Shown: positions 33,724-44,373, counted from the first letter of the stretch. The stretch: 64,000 nucleotides of DNA from Chloroflexota bacterium (GCA_965261345.1 OZ253449.1:32001-96000), one strand, 5' to 3'. Numbers and translations: made by a program. The notes: generated by a model not told the origin, from the letters alone.

Positions 33724-33911
33724 CCGTCTAACCCCGCTTGTCTGAGAATGCTCTTCCATGTCCCTGGAGCCAAATCCTTGCCAAGATTACCTGCCACAGT
33801 GACGACTCCAGACCGCTCTGGGTGCTTGTATTGCCGGTGACTGCCTCGGGTTCGGTCCAGCACCCATCCATTCTTTTCAAGTAATCGAATCGCATCGCAA
33901 ACTCTTGGCAC
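33720..33911 (-). CDS. hicA: HicA toxin
   Basis: GW..RTRGSHRQYKHP..VTV..DL.PGT..SILRQAG. Confidence 0.92.
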   Translation of the reverse strand: MPRVCDAIRLLEKNGWVLDRTRGSHRQYKHPERSGVVTVAGNLGKDLAPGTWKSILRQAGLDG

Positions 33912-34122
33912 TAGTCACGCACATTGGGCATTCTTGGCCGTTTGGCCGGGCCCGTGCAATCAGTCACTGGCAACATGGATTGAAAGTCCGGCAATTCTCG
34001 GACATGCCGCAACACCGACTCATGATTTAGCGCAAGTGCCCGGTTTTGGATAGACGCATTCCTAATACATACATAAAAAAGTAAGTCCGTCGAATAGTGA
34101 GTTGATACCGCGAATCCATTTC

Positions 34123-34150
34123 ATGATAGGCATTAATGATTTTGTCTAAT
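34123..34150 (+). other. dif-like site
   Basis: ATGATAGGCAT-TAATGA-TTTTGTCTAAT. Confidence 0.55.
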
Positions 34151-34252
34151 GCCAAACCGGCGGTGTCCAAGCCCCCGTTGCCGTGCGTATCCGACACAAC
34201 CGGGCAATCACGGTCGCTTGGTCGCTGGGCGCCTTCTTCACCAAATTGAATA

Positions 34253-35176
34253 TCAATCGGCTTGGACGAGAGTTTGTTGTACCGCCCGTGTCCATTGCTC
34301 GCGCCGCTTGGCCATCCAATCCGACATCTGATCCCAATTGGTTTGATCGGTAGCGTCGATCGACAGAAAGAAATGTCCGCTTCCGCTAACTTCCCCGACA
34401 GCACCCTCTGCGCTTATTTCTTCCTTGAGCATTGCCACGGGTGCCGCCAGTGCCGTGCTTCGCTCTGCAGTGGACTCCCCGCGCTCAAGGGGGTAATAGA
34501 TCCCGGCGCCATTTTGCGCCATATATATACAGACTCGCCGTCCTGAATCTTCGACTCGGTCGTAGACATTGCTGCCCGCAAATCCGGACCGTACGGTACC
34601 GGGGTGCCGCCGCTCGAAATGGACCCAAAAATTTTGCCGAAACTGACCAAGTGTTGACAGACCACTGCGTCGAGCTACGCTTCGAATCTGGATTTCCCAT
34701 TCATTCGGGCGTTCAAGTACTTCAAACACTGGCGCCATGGCTGAGTCTCCGATGCGCGCTGCCCTGATTCGGGTCGCAAAAAAGGCGAATCCTTCACCGG
34801 AGTGTTCGTTCAGCCAGCGCAACGCGGAAAGGTGCGCCGCGTCAAAGTTGGTGGCCACCCAGATTACGACTTTTGCGTCGAGTCCTGCAAGGTACGCGAG
34901 CACCTGGCCTAGATGGTGCAAATCTGCTCGCTCCAACTGGTTTTCGATCAACACTCGGTTGCCGTCGCGTGGGTCGCGGGCCACGATGTCGGCACGCAAT
35001 CCATTGACTTCTACCTCAGTGCTTTCCAATTCCAACTCGATACCAATAACATCTGTCAACCGGTTCAAGTTATTGGCCAACCACGGCGTGAAATCGAGTG
35101 CTTCGTGGTCCCATGCGCAGCGGGGGTTCACCCATTTCAGATCTTCCAACGATCGCGTAGCCACGCCCAACTCCAA
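34253..35176 (-). CDS. DUF4268-type predicted nuclease
   Basis: EALDFTPWL, ADIVA, LIENQL..DLHHLGQ..YLAG. Confidence 0.75.
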   Translation of the reverse strand: MELGVATRSLEDLKWVNPRCAWDHEALDFTPWLANNLNRLTDVIGIELELESTEVEVNGLRADIVARDPRDGNRVLIENQLERADLHHLGQVLAYLAGLDAKVVIWVATNFDAAHLSALRWLNEHSGEGFAFFATRIRAARIGDSAMAPVFEVLERPNEWEIQIRSVARRSGLSTLGQFRQNFWVHFERRHPGTVRSGFAGSNVYDRVEDSGRRVCIYMAQNGAGIYYPLERGESTAERSTALAAPVAMLKEEISAEGAVGEVSGSGHFFLSIDATDQTNWDQMSDWMAKRREQWTRAVQQTLVQAD

Positions 35177-35399
35177 TCCACCGAGGTCAGCTGATTACTG
35201 ACATTTTTCATTCCCAGCGGGTAAATTGCAAACCTTGAAATGCTCACCGCTCAATTGAGGCAGCGGACGACTTAACCGCACTCCAAGCAAATCGGGCAAA
35301 CGCCAATCCGCCGCCAATCTCGATTTACTGCTTAAATTCCTTCGTTTCGCATGCTTCCCGGAAAAACCCGGGCTTCCGAGCGTGGCGATCCCGATCACG

Positions 35400-35427
35400 C
35401 TACCTCGAAATGGTAATTACGTAAAAC
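35400..35427 (+). other. dif-like site
   Basis: CTACCTCGAAA-TGGTAA-TTACGTAAAAC. Confidence 0.4.
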
Positions 35428-35492
35428 GCAGTTACTTGGCCTGCGCCTTGGGCATTCCAATGAAGTCCTTTGCGGTCGCCATGGCCTCCAAA

Positions 35493-35840
35493 TCAGAGAT
35501 TTAACACCAGGCGCAATCCGCGTGAAATCTACGCCAAATACTGTTCAACGACGCGGCCAACGGGCTCAACCAAAAAATTGCGGCCTATCGTGGTAACTTG
35601 TGAGACGTTTGCAACCGAATCTTTGGGAAGCCCGGTAGCGTTGGAATTGAGCGACACATTACCAGGGGCGTCAGCCAATTGCAGATTCGATGAAATGGTG
35701 ATGGCCTATACCGTCTGAATCCGACAGCGGTTGAACGAATCTGCCTGGATGATCAATAGCGGCCGCGTGAAAGCGGGTTCGGACCCCCGGGATTCGGGAA
35801 GGTTTACCCACCAGACCTGTCCCCGCTCAATCACCACCAT
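35493..35840 (-). pseudogene. mazF: MazF/PemK toxin with two premature stops
   Basis: RGQVWWVNL..GSEPAFTRP..IQADSFN..TV*..APGNV..GLPKDSVANVSQ. Confidence 0.85.
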
Positions 35841-36052
35841 TCTGCCAATATCGGCCGGGATTGAGCTTCCCTGACAGCTGGATCTAGGTCGCTGGCCGAT
35901 TCCTCGTAGGTGTCATCAAGTCGCGCGGTGATGTCACCGCTCTCGTCTTTGGCCACGAATTCGGCCAGGGCGAGCGCATACAAGGTGGATGCCGTATTCG
36001 CGAAGCGGCTAGGATCTATTTGCAAAGCGCGTGATGCAGCGGTTTCTGGCAT
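35831..36052 (-). CDS. MazE-like/RHH antitoxin
   Basis: Overlaps the mazF start; LYALALAEFV..ITARLDDTY. Confidence 0.65.
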   Translation of the reverse strand: MPETAASRALQIDPSRFANTASTLYALALAEFVAKDESGDITARLDDTYEESASDLDPAVREAQSRPILAEWW

Positions 36053-36142
36053 TGACGCGTGTCGATCTTCAGGCTGAGTCGGGTTAGACGATCATTTTTG
36101 GCGCCCGAGAAGCCGGTTATCCTGCACGCAGGCAAGTGAAGT

Positions 36143-36658
36143 ATGGGTATGAACAAATTCTCAGAGACGTATCGTCAGCGCATGCGCGAGCAACTGGCGT
36201 TTCGCAAGTGGATGCGGATGTGGCGACAACGGTTGGGAATTAATCAAACTGAGGTAGCCGAAACCGTGTCCGGCAGCGGTCAATGGACGGTGAGCTCCTG
36301 GGAGATCGGCAGACAGGCGATCCCGGACGACCTGATAATGCCGATCACCGAGTTTTTGGTGGCCCAAGGCGCGTCTGCGCCCCCGCCCATTGCGGTTAGC
36401 GAACCCGCCTACACACCACCACGGTGGGTTCCGCATTCGCCCGAGTACACAGCCCGGCACCAGCAACAGGCGGCGTTTCGGGATTGGATGACCACGACCC
36501 GCAATGAAGTCGGATTAACACAAACGGAATTAGGCCGCAGGACAGGCTCGTCCCAAGAGGCAATCTCCTTTTATGAAAACGGTCTGCAAGCCATTCCTGA
36601 TGTGATGCTCAAGCAGATTGAGCGTGCGCTGCTGGAAGCGGCGGAATTCGAGTCGTGA
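36143..36658 (+). CDS. Protein with two tandem XRE HTH domains
   Basis: Two repeats: QTEVAE..VSSWEIGRQAIP and QTELGR..ISFYENGLQAIP. Confidence 0.8.
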   Translation: MGMNKFSETYRQRMREQLAFRKWMRMWRQRLGINQTEVAETVSGSGQWTVSSWEIGRQAIPDDLIMPITEFLVAQGASAPPPIAVSEPAYTPPRWVPHSPEYTARHQQQAAFRDWMTTTRNEVGLTQTELGRRTGSSQEAISFYENGLQAIPDVMLKQIERALLEAAEFES

Positions 36659-36999
36659 TTTACTCACGGCGGCGGTTGGTGTTGGCGATGGTTGATGACG
36701 CCGGGAACCCTTTGCCCCAGTTAGGGAGATTGCCTAGTCCGACAACGCCGACGAATCCCTATGCATTGGGTAAGTGCCACGAGTGGGTCAAAGACTGTGG
36801 TGATGGCGATAAAAAGACCGCGGCGAATGACGCAAACAGCGTATTCCCTATTTCGTAACATCAATTGAATCGCCGGATTTGGATTGAAAAAAGTTGAAGC
36901 AATTCAAACGGCGTTTTCACGAAATTCGCAATTGGCGTTTGCAGGCAATGTTGAGTCTCCGGCACACTCAAGCATGAATGCCACCGGTTCTAGTGTTCT

Positions 37000-37600
37000 T
37001 GGTGCCTGATATTCCACAACGCTCAATAGAGTTCGTCCGGGGTCCGATCCCGCCAACTAGCGATCTTGGCGTCGCCCGACGCTTGATCGATGCTTTCGAC
37101 GCAAGCGACAGTTCGCGCCTGGAGGCATAAGACCAGATACTGGCGTTCATTGATTCACACCCAAATGCCCATTTGAGGTCGTGCATGCCGGGCCATCTAA
37201 CTGGTTCTGCAATCGTCCTCGATCACGCTAAGCATCGTGTCGTGCTGGCGAATCACCGAAAACTTGGCCGTTGGTTGCAGGGGGGAGGTCACGCTAACGG
37301 CGATGCCAATCTGGTGGGTGTGGCGCTGCGGGAATCGGAGGAAGAGAATGGAAACACCAACCTCCTTATTGACCCTGTGCCCATCGATATCGACATACAT
37401 AAGATCCCAGCCCACTGAGGCGTGCCTGAACATTTGCATTTCGACGTTTGCTTCCTTGTTCAAGCAGGCCCTGGCGCGGTGCCCCGTATCAGTGAAGAGT
37501 CACTTGACTTACGTTGGTTCGGATTCGACGACCTTGACGAAATTTCGGCCGACGCAAGATTGCGCAGGCTATTCCGCTTCGCATTTTGGTACTGAGATAG
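37000..37600 (+). pseudogene. NUDIX hydrolase remnant
   Basis: GHLTGSA..HRKLGRWLQGGGH..ALRESEEE..DIDIH; internal stops. Confidence 0.7.
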
Positions 37601-37883
37601 CGATTGGCGTGGGCCTTAACGGGTAATTGCTGGCGGGATGCCTAACCGACCTTGACACCACTCCGGGGCGGAATCCGATTCTGATCGGAATTGATCGCTC
37701 ACGTATTTGTAGGGAGGAATGGGCTCAGATCCAACCTCAGCGCGGAAGTCATGTTGGTGGGCAAATTGAATCCGCGAATTTCCTCGTTCGCTCGAGTTCT
37801 ATGCGGCGGAGATCAGCATTCACGATTTGGTCGAACATTGGCGGAACCGGAGCGCATGAGGGCAATCAGCACCTAGGTTGAGC

Positions 37884-37911
37884 GCTAGAAGTAATAGAGG
37901 TTAGGTCTAAC
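37884..37911 (+). other. dif-like site
   Basis: GCTAGAAGTAA-TAGAGG-TTAGGTCTAAC. Confidence 0.55.
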
Positions 37912-38141
37912 GCGTGCACTACTCGGCCATCAATTCACCGGTCTCGGCTCCGAACCACCATCGGGCCCAACTTAGGAATTGCAAGCCACGCATTCGGACC
38001 AAACCAGATTCCGCATCTAATCTACGCGCGCAAAAGTGTCGCCATCGCGACTACTGAAATCGTTGTTGTTGGATCGCTTGAGCCCCGCTGACATGCGTCT
38101 GAAAAGCGACGGCGAGGAAACTGTCGACACGCACGACGACG

Positions 38142-38345
38142 TTAATCCAAAGTAGGGTGAACGGCGAACGCCCGGTCAAATCGGATTAAAGTCTGCCACT
38201 GGGCGGCTGCCCAATCCGTGATCTCCCTGTCGGTCGCCCTTGGGTCGCCGACGGTCAACCAGTGAGTAGCCTCCCACCTCTGATCCCGCAGCGCCTGCAC
38301 CCAAACCGGCGACAGATTCATATCTACCTGGACCTTTAACCTCAC
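38142..38345 (-). pseudogene. DUF5615 PIN-like toxin, truncated
   Basis: VDMNLSP.W..ATHW..VGD..ATD.EI..WA, then breaks off. Confidence 0.7.
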
Positions 38346-38578
38346 GGCGTGGAAAGTGGAACCTCGCGTTCCTCCAGCCTCCAAGCTGCATAAGCCAGAG
38401 ATTGATCAATATCTTCTGGCTCCAAATAGGGATAGGCCTCTAAGATCTCGGCGGGGGAGTGCCCTGATGCCAATAGCCCCACGACAATCCCTACGGTGAC
38501 GCGCATGCCGCGAACGCAGGCCTTCCCACCCATGACGTTGGGATCGAAAGTTATTCTGTCCAGCGCCTTCATGGCCAT
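38342..38578 (-). CDS. DUF433 antitoxin
   Basis: RITFDPNVMGGKACVRGMRVTV..EILEAYPYLE.EDI. Confidence 0.92.
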   Translation of the reverse strand: MAMKALDRITFDPNVMGGKACVRGMRVTVGIVVGLLASGHSPAEILEAYPYLEPEDIDQSLAYAAWRLEEREVPLSTP

Positions 38579-38832
38579 TCAGTTCCCGAATAAGGAAGGC
38601 GATCTATTCTGTGCACCGCCCTTCAATTAATTGTGGCGGATGCAATTGCACACACTCTTACTGATCGACAATGAGCCATTTGCCGTGCCGGAGCGGATTC
38701 ATTGAGGGCACGGTGAAAACATGGCAAGTAGCTTTCGAAAGTCATTCGCATTCGAATCAAATGGGAGCGGTCCTGAAGTTAGCGGCGGCGTTTGTGCGCC
38801 TTGACAGCGGCCATGACTGGCCTTCACAGAGC

Positions 38833-38860
38833 ATTGAGCATCTTCCCTATTATGTCTACC
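38833..38860 (+). other. dif-like site
   Basis: ATTGAGCATCT-TCCCTA-TTATGTCTACC. Confidence 0.6.
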
Positions 38861-39137
38861 AATGCCGTTTCGGTTGGCTAATCAGTTTCCTCAATCAAGA
38901 ACTAGCCAAGTGCTGCAATGCTTCTTGGACTCGACGAAAGTGTGTCTCAAATCCAGTCGCGCATTCGACGTGACGATGAATTTGAATCCCCAACGAGATT
39001 CGGCGCTCATGCGGAGTGTGAAATCCTGGCACGCGGATATTGCGGCCATAACGTTGCCAGGAGCACTGAGGGCCGGAAAAAATCGGCTCGGCAGGCCCAT
39101 GAATGCTGCAACCGGACTGGCGCATCGGTAGTGAATA

Positions 39138-39171
39138 TGTGTTATTGGGCCATAAAGATGGTAATATGGCC
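39138..39171. promoter_or_regulatory. Inverted repeat upstream of a vapBC-type operon (probable operator)
   Basis: GGCCATA-N10-TATGGCC immediately before ATG 39174. Confidence 0.5.
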
Positions 39172-39173
39172 AT

Positions 39174-39443
39174 ATGAAAACAACGATAGAGCTTCCCGAA
39201 GCCACTTTCCGGCAGGTCAAAGCATTGGCGGCTAGTCGCGGCGTGTCGATGAAGTCTTTGTATACCGAGGCACTTGAAGAACACCTTGCCAGGCGCCTAA
39301 TTGAATCCCAATCCGACGAATTGCGCACAGCACCTTGGATGGCCGGTTTTGGTGCCCTGTCCGACCTCAAGGTCGAAAACCGTCGGATCCTCAATTTGAT
39401 TGAAGAAGAATTTGAAGTGGTCTCGCCTGACGACCTAGCTTGA
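39174..39443 (+). CDS. vapB: VapB-like antitoxin
   Basis: MKTTIELPE..VKALAA.RG.SMK. Confidence 0.8.
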   Translation: MKTTIELPEATFRQVKALAASRGVSMKSLYTEALEEHLARRLIESQSDELRTAPWMAGFGALSDLKVENRRILNLIEEEFEVVSPDDLA

Positions 39444-39817
39444 TTCTCGATACCAACGCATTGTCAGGATGGGCTGAAGGTCATCCAGAGCTTGCTGATC
39501 ACCTGCGGTCAGCTTTGCGAATAGTCCTGCCGAGTATTGTTCTCGGGGAATATGTGTTCGGGATCCGGCAATCGCGTCATCGTGCCCGGTATGAAGCGTG
39601 GATCAGCGCACACGTGCCCACTGTTGAAATCGCAACGGTAACTACCGCCACGGCATTTGCGTACGCCGATATCCGATTGGAGTTGAAGTCGAAAGGTAAT
39701 CCGATTCCGTCCAACGATGTTTGGATTGCGGCGCTTGCCATCCAGCATTCCCTCCCGGTACTGAGTAACGACATCCACTTTGACGGAGTCAACGGAATCA
39801 GGCGAATATCTTTCTGA
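39440..39817 (+). CDS. vapC: VapC PIN toxin
   Basis: ILDTN, IVLGE, NDVWIAA, D.HFD. Confidence 0.92.
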   Translation: MILDTNALSGWAEGHPELADHLRSALRIVLPSIVLGEYVFGIRQSRHRARYEAWISAHVPTVEIATVTTATAFAYADIRLELKSKGNPIPSNDVWIAALAIQHSLPVLSNDIHFDGVNGIRRISF

Positions 39818-39899
39818 CCCAGCCTTGATGGTTACCAATTGGATCTGGATATTCAAATTGCAATCGCCCGGCTGATCCAGATGTTTGCTGCACCAGCCC

Positions 39900-40304
39900 T
39901 CAAGTAAAAGGATTCAATACAGGTACACCAAGTTGCTTAAAGTGCCGGACATTATTCGTTACGACAGTAAGGCCGTGTTCAAATGCAGTAGCAGCAATCA
40001 ACACGTCGGCGTTTGTGTGACCGACTGATGCTGACAACTCCCCCCATCTACGCGCTATAGGAACATCAACGGCGAGAATCCGGTTAGCGTAATGGCGCAG
40101 GACTTGATCAAGCCATGAAGCAAGCGCGTCGGCGAACCTTGGATCGTGCTGCTGCTGTTGGGTAATACCGCGCTCAATTTCGCCGATTGTGACAACACTC
40201 AGATGAAGGTCTGTCGTTCGTTGAGATGATATCCAGGCCTCCAATGCGGGGTTGCGATTGACTCGTCGCAGCCCTGATAGAACGTCTGTGTCAACCAAAT
40301 ACAC
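39900..40304 (-). CDS. vapC: VapC/FitB PIN toxin
   Basis: YLVDTDVLS, SVVTIGEI, DVLIAATA..LTVVT.NVRHF. Confidence 0.92.
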   Translation of the reverse strand: MYLVDTDVLSGLRRVNRNPALEAWISSQRTTDLHLSVVTIGEIERGITQQQQHDPRFADALASWLDQVLRHYANRILAVDVPIARRWGELSASVGHTNADVLIAATAFEHGLTVVTNNVRHFKQLGVPVLNPFT

Positions 40305-40559
40305 CTATGTCTTCAGCGATCGCGCAGGAAGCGAAAGGCGCTCAAATTCCCGCATATCCTGCGGTATCTGGGTCAGCAGCTGTCCAAAAGTGGGGACGGA
40401 TGCTTTTTCACACTGTTGTAACCGCGCATATTCCTCCTCGGCAATGATGACCACCACGGGTTCGCCCCTCCGAGTAACTCGCTGAGGATTGCCCGCCATT
40501 GCGGCGTTGACCAACGCGCTAAATTTATTTTTTGCGTCTTGAAGTGCCCAGTCTGTCAC
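40305..40559 (-). CDS. Phd/YefM antitoxin
   Basis: WALQDAKNKFSALV..PQRVTRRG. Confidence 0.9.
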   Translation of the reverse strand: MTDWALQDAKNKFSALVNAAMAGNPQRVTRRGEPVVVIIAEEEYARLQQCEKASVPTFGQLLTQIPQDMREFERLSLPARSLKT

Positions 40560-40644
40560 GAGAACAAATCCTGCTAGCTTAACTGGCTAGATTATAAGCG
40601 AAGTGCTACTTCGCTTCCTCGAAATCAGCGACGTCGAATGTCAG

Positions 40645-40672
40645 ACTAGGTATATTCGCAATTATGTAAATC
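40645..40672 (+). other. dif-like site
   Basis: ACTAGGTATAT-TCGCAA-TTATGTAAATC. Confidence 0.6.
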
Positions 40673-40685
40673 AAGGGCGAGGCCT

Positions 40686-40946
40686 TTATTCGAGCGGAGA
40701 TATCGTCCCGGGCGGTTCTTGGTCCCGAACGCTTCGCCATGCTGCTTTTATTGCGGAGCGATTTTCCGCGGCCCACGCAATGACGAGGCCGTGGGCTCGC
40801 GGTGGCAATTGGCCGCGCAACAATGCCAACGGGTCGAGTTGAAACACAGCCTCATACTCTCCGTACATCGCATGAAAGTGGGGTGGGTTGTAATCCCCGT
40901 ATCACATGAGAATCACGATCCCGTAAAACCTGGCAATTTCAGGCAC
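40686..40946 (-). pseudogene. DUF4160 toxin-like gene with premature TGA
   Basis: MPEIARFYGIVILM*YGDYNPPHFHAMYGEYEA. Confidence 0.8.
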
Positions 40947-41223
40947 GAAGAATTGGCGTAGTTCCCTCTTGCATCAATTCCGAATATGATCGCCCTGGCA
41001 ATTGCAAATACAGCGCATCGGCACAACGCTCAATGTCTTTGCCCCATGCCACGGCACCATAAGGCGTAAGTCGCACATTCAAAAAAAACGATTCGTTATT
41101 CCAGGCTTTGAACACTCCGTGTCCGACCAAATGAGAGACATCGACCTCCTCTTCGGTGCCGTCTGAATACCGGAGCTTCAGCCGGTAATTGATGCAGGGA
41201 TCAACCTCAATCAGTCGGATCAT
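40939..41223 (-). CDS. DUF2442 family protein
   Basis: Paralog of 21599-21883. Confidence 0.85.
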   Translation of the reverse strand: MIRLIEVDPCINYRLKLRYSDGTEEEVDVSHLVGHGVFKAWNNESFFLNVRLTPYGAVAWGKDIERCADALYLQLPGRSYSELMQEGTTPILRA

Positions 41224-41420
41224 CACATTTGGCTTTCCGGGCAAAAAAGACCAGATTGATATTTATCGTAGGCAAGATTGTCCGATAGTTTGGCCAGGCT
41301 CGTGGTTGACTGGTCGAGGTGCGCAGGATACAAGCAGACCCCGCACAATGTTGCTGCTTTCATCGCTTCGCGCCCGCTGCCAATCGCTGCGGAAAAAAGT
41401 GCCAATAATTGATCTCGTTC

Positions 41421-41448
41421 GCCATTTGAACTCAGTATTATGTCTAAT
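41421..41448 (+). other. dif-like site
   Basis: GCCATTTGAAC-TCAGTA-TTATGTCTAAT. Confidence 0.6.
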
Positions 41449-41583
41449 GCCAAAACAGCAAGCGGTTGAATCGCAAACCTAGTGCGGGGCGCGAGATTGG
41501 CCTGACCGCCGGTCGCCAATGCTCGTTCAACTTACACGTATCGGGGCAGCAGGTACATCGTGACCTTGTCTCCCGCCCACGGT

Positions 41584-42180
41584 TCACCGCTCTGATATAG
41601 TCTGGGCCTTTAGTGCGTCAGATCCGAGGTTTACGGCCGCTACCGCGTCGCTTAGTTCCCGCATTCTGCAATGCGAAGTTATGCGCTCTATGCCGGTAAG
41701 CCCTATGTTTGCCTGGGAAATTGGCAATTTGGGCTCAGGCACGACAAAAAAGCGCCACTGATTGGGGTCGCGGTGGTCGGCGTGCTGGCGCCTACGTTCG
41801 CTGTGCCAAGCAAAAACGTAAATATCAGCAGGCCGCGACGGCGTCTTAAACTCCACCCAGCGGCTTCCATCCCGAGTTGAATATCCCTTTCGCAAGGCGA
41901 TGTTGAAGCTGGGATTGCGTCGCTCCGCCACCTCTTCACGGTCCCAAGTTTGTCTTACCGCAGACTGTTTGACCTCAATGCGCGCACCAGATTCGTGCTC
42001 GATATCCCATGGGGCCCAATCCCATCGATGCTCACAAGGGAGCTTCCATTCGGGCCCGAGCGCCAGTGCGACCATGCACTCGACACAGTCGCCACGATAG
42101 ACATTGTTTATGAGAGGGGATTCGTAGCGTATCAGGAGTTTTCGGAGAATACGCGGGTCTAACTCAACCAGTTTTCTGCC
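41584..42180 (-). CDS. PD-(D/E)xK-like hypothetical nuclease (paralog of 18611-19223); start uncertain
   Basis: NNVYRGD.VEC, WDIEHESGARIEVKQS, ADIYVFAWH. Confidence 0.6.
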   Translation of the reverse strand, partial: GRKLVELDPRILRKLLIRYESPLINNVYRGDCVECMVALALGPEWKLPCEHRWDWAPWDIEHESGARIEVKQSAVRQTWDREEVAERRNPSFNIALRKGYSTRDGSRWVEFKTPSRPADIYVFAWHSERRRQHADHRDPNQWRFFVVPEPKLPISQANIGLTGIERITSHCRMRELSDAVAAVNLGSDALKAQTISER

Positions 42181-42466
42181 TCACAGCCTTGACCGCGAAT
42201 TCCTCCGGATTATCCGCGTTTCACGGGCGAAATTCTGGCAGCCTCTGGCTTTCGGCGCGGCGACAGACTCGTCGCGCAGCTGACGGAATTGCCGTCGAAA
42301 TAATGTTCGACGGGTGATCGACATTAGGGACGAGCAACCGCATTCAGCCGCCCACGCTGCCGAGCGGGGAGTTGAGGCAGGGGTGATTCCTCTGCGGCTC
42401 AGTGCGATACAGCGCAATCGCGCTAGCCTTCTGGGGAAGGATCGACCACTGCGGAAGCGCCACTAC

Positions 42467-43696
42467 TTGACCAGGGGAATTTGTCTGGCACTAGCAATAA
42501 CCCTGGCATCGTGGGCGCTCGTTGCCTGCGGAGACGACTCAGTCAATCCGCAGCAGCCGGCAGTCGCCACCAGGACCGCTCCGACGGCCGAGCCTACCGC
42601 GGCGCCGACAGCGACTCCTAGGCCGACCGCCACGACGACGCCCACTCCAACGATGGCCCCTACGCCGACCGCCTCAGCGGAACCCGCCGCCGAGACAGGT
42701 CTCGCTGTGGACTGTCTGCTTGGCGGCGTGCTCGACAATGTCTCGACGATCACTTCCTGCGCTGAGCAGGCCATGCAACAGGTGAAGAGCTTCTCCTTCG
42801 AAGGAGAGTTCAATCTTTTGGCTCTCTTCCCCAGCGGGGAAGCCGGTACCGCAGGCGTGATGACACTAAGCGGCGCTATCATGCTGCCGGACAGGATCAG
42901 ATTCGAAATATCCTTCTCACCCGAAGGCCAATTGATCCAGATGGCCGGAGTCGTCATTGGCCGGGATACCTACATTCGAGACCCTGAGTCGGATATGTGG
43001 TTCAAAGGAAACGGTCCCGATGGCGAATTCCTCGGGGTCGTGCAGACTGTGGGATTGCTCCAGTTGCCAAAGGACCCCAATGCGACCCTGGACGAGTCCT
43101 TGAGCCTTGACGACGGGACCAAGGGCTACGTGCTTTCCTACGATCAGACCGGTCAGCAAAGCGGCATCGAGGGCCTTGGGTTTCCAGATGGCACGCTGGT
43201 GGTGGTCGTGGGCGCCGACGACTTCCTTACCAGGGAGGTCAGAGTAACCCTGGAGGACGTCAACGACAAAGCCGCCAACCTATTGACCATTAGATACCAT
43301 GGCTACAACGAGACCAAAGAGGTAGAGCCACCGGCGCAGTACGTAACCATTCCGGTAGACGCGATTGATTCAGAATCCCCGGTAGCACCGACGGTAGTCG
43401 GACTTGCCAGGAACGAAGACGGCGACGTCGAAGTGACGCTCAGCGAGCCTGTATTCGTTCGGGGACAGGTTGAACTGTACGTACTCGACCCTGCGACCGG
43501 GGGCTGGGCACTTCCGCTCATCGACGGGAGCGGGACTGCCACCCTTACCTTCGATGCGGACGCGGAGAACAGACCGCCGCTCGTCATAGGCGAGAGTCAG
43601 ATCGCCGGATTCATCTTCCCAACACCGGACTCACAGATGACGGACTCCGAAGGCGCCCGGTTGGACTTGACCTTCGATCTGTGGACGTACGAATAG
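42467..43696 (+). CDS. Lipoprotein with Pro/Thr linker (LppX/LprAFG-like domain possible)
   Basis: Lipobox LVAC, PT-rich linker, beta-rich domain. Confidence 0.65.
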   Translation: MTRGICLALAITLASWALVACGDDSVNPQQPAVATRTAPTAEPTAAPTATPRPTATTTPTPTMAPTPTASAEPAAETGLAVDCLLGGVLDNVSTITSCAEQAMQQVKSFSFEGEFNLLALFPSGEAGTAGVMTLSGAIMLPDRIRFEISFSPEGQLIQMAGVVIGRDTYIRDPESDMWFKGNGPDGEFLGVVQTVGLLQLPKDPNATLDESLSLDDGTKGYVLSYDQTGQQSGIEGLGFPDGTLVVVVGADDFLTREVRVTLEDVNDKAANLLTIRYHGYNETKEVEPPAQYVTIPVDAIDSESPVAPTVVGLARNEDGDVEVTLSEPVFVRGQVELYVLDPATGGWALPLIDGSGTATLTFDADAENRPPLVIGESQIAGFIFPTPDSQMTDSEGARLDLTFDLWTYE

Positions 43697-43911
43697 CGAA
43701 TCATCTTTCGTCTACCAGACTGCGAGGGAATGAGATGGGCGGGCTGTTTATTTCGACGCCAGTTGGGTGCAGCGAACAGCTACCCTCATTTTTGCTGGTA
43801 GTCGACAACTACTTTTGCCGGCATTGCTTTGAGTCGAAGTTCAGATGCGGTATTTACAGACCAATGATTATTGATCTCGCGCAGCTTTTCAACCAATTTG
43901 ATTCCCCGCCC

Positions 43912-43939
43912 GGCGATCATATTCGCCATTATGTCGATT
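43912..43939 (+). other. dif-like site
   Basis: GGCGATCATAT-TCGCCA-TTATGTCGATT. Confidence 0.65.
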
Positions 43940-44028
43940 ACGGACATGCGTCGGCGTTGAATTGTGGGTGGTCCGCTGTATCGAATCGCTTGGGCAAAAG
44001 CAATACCCGCCCAAGTGCGGGCGCCTGT

Positions 44029-44352
44029 CTAAACGATGGCAGCTCGATCGCGCGCCTGGTCCGTTTCGGCAGCAGGCTTAGTTGGCAGTTGATTAATCAA
44101 CGTCCCCATGTCGTTTGTAGCCTGCACCAAATCGAATTGGGTTTGCAGATTCAACCAGAACTGCGGATCCATTCCGAACCAATGCCCTAGCCGCAACGCG
44201 GTGTCGCAACTGATCGATCGGCGGTGGGCCATGATTTGCGAAATTCGATTTGCGGGCACATCCAATTGCCGAGCAAATTCAGTCGCCGATATCCCCATCT
44301 CGGCAATTTCGTCTTTGAGGATTGCTCCAGGATGCACTGCTCGCTTAAACAA
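44029..44352 (-). CDS. higA: HigA antitoxin
   Basis: VHPGAIL..DTALRLG..FWLNLQ. Confidence 0.92.
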   Translation of the reverse strand: MFKRAVHPGAILKDEIAEMGISATEFARQLDVPANRISQIMAHRRSISCDTALRLGHWFGMDPQFWLNLQTQFDLVQATNDMGTLINQLPTKPAAETDQARDRAAIV

Positions 44353-44373
44353 CGTAGTCCGCCTTAGCCGAAA

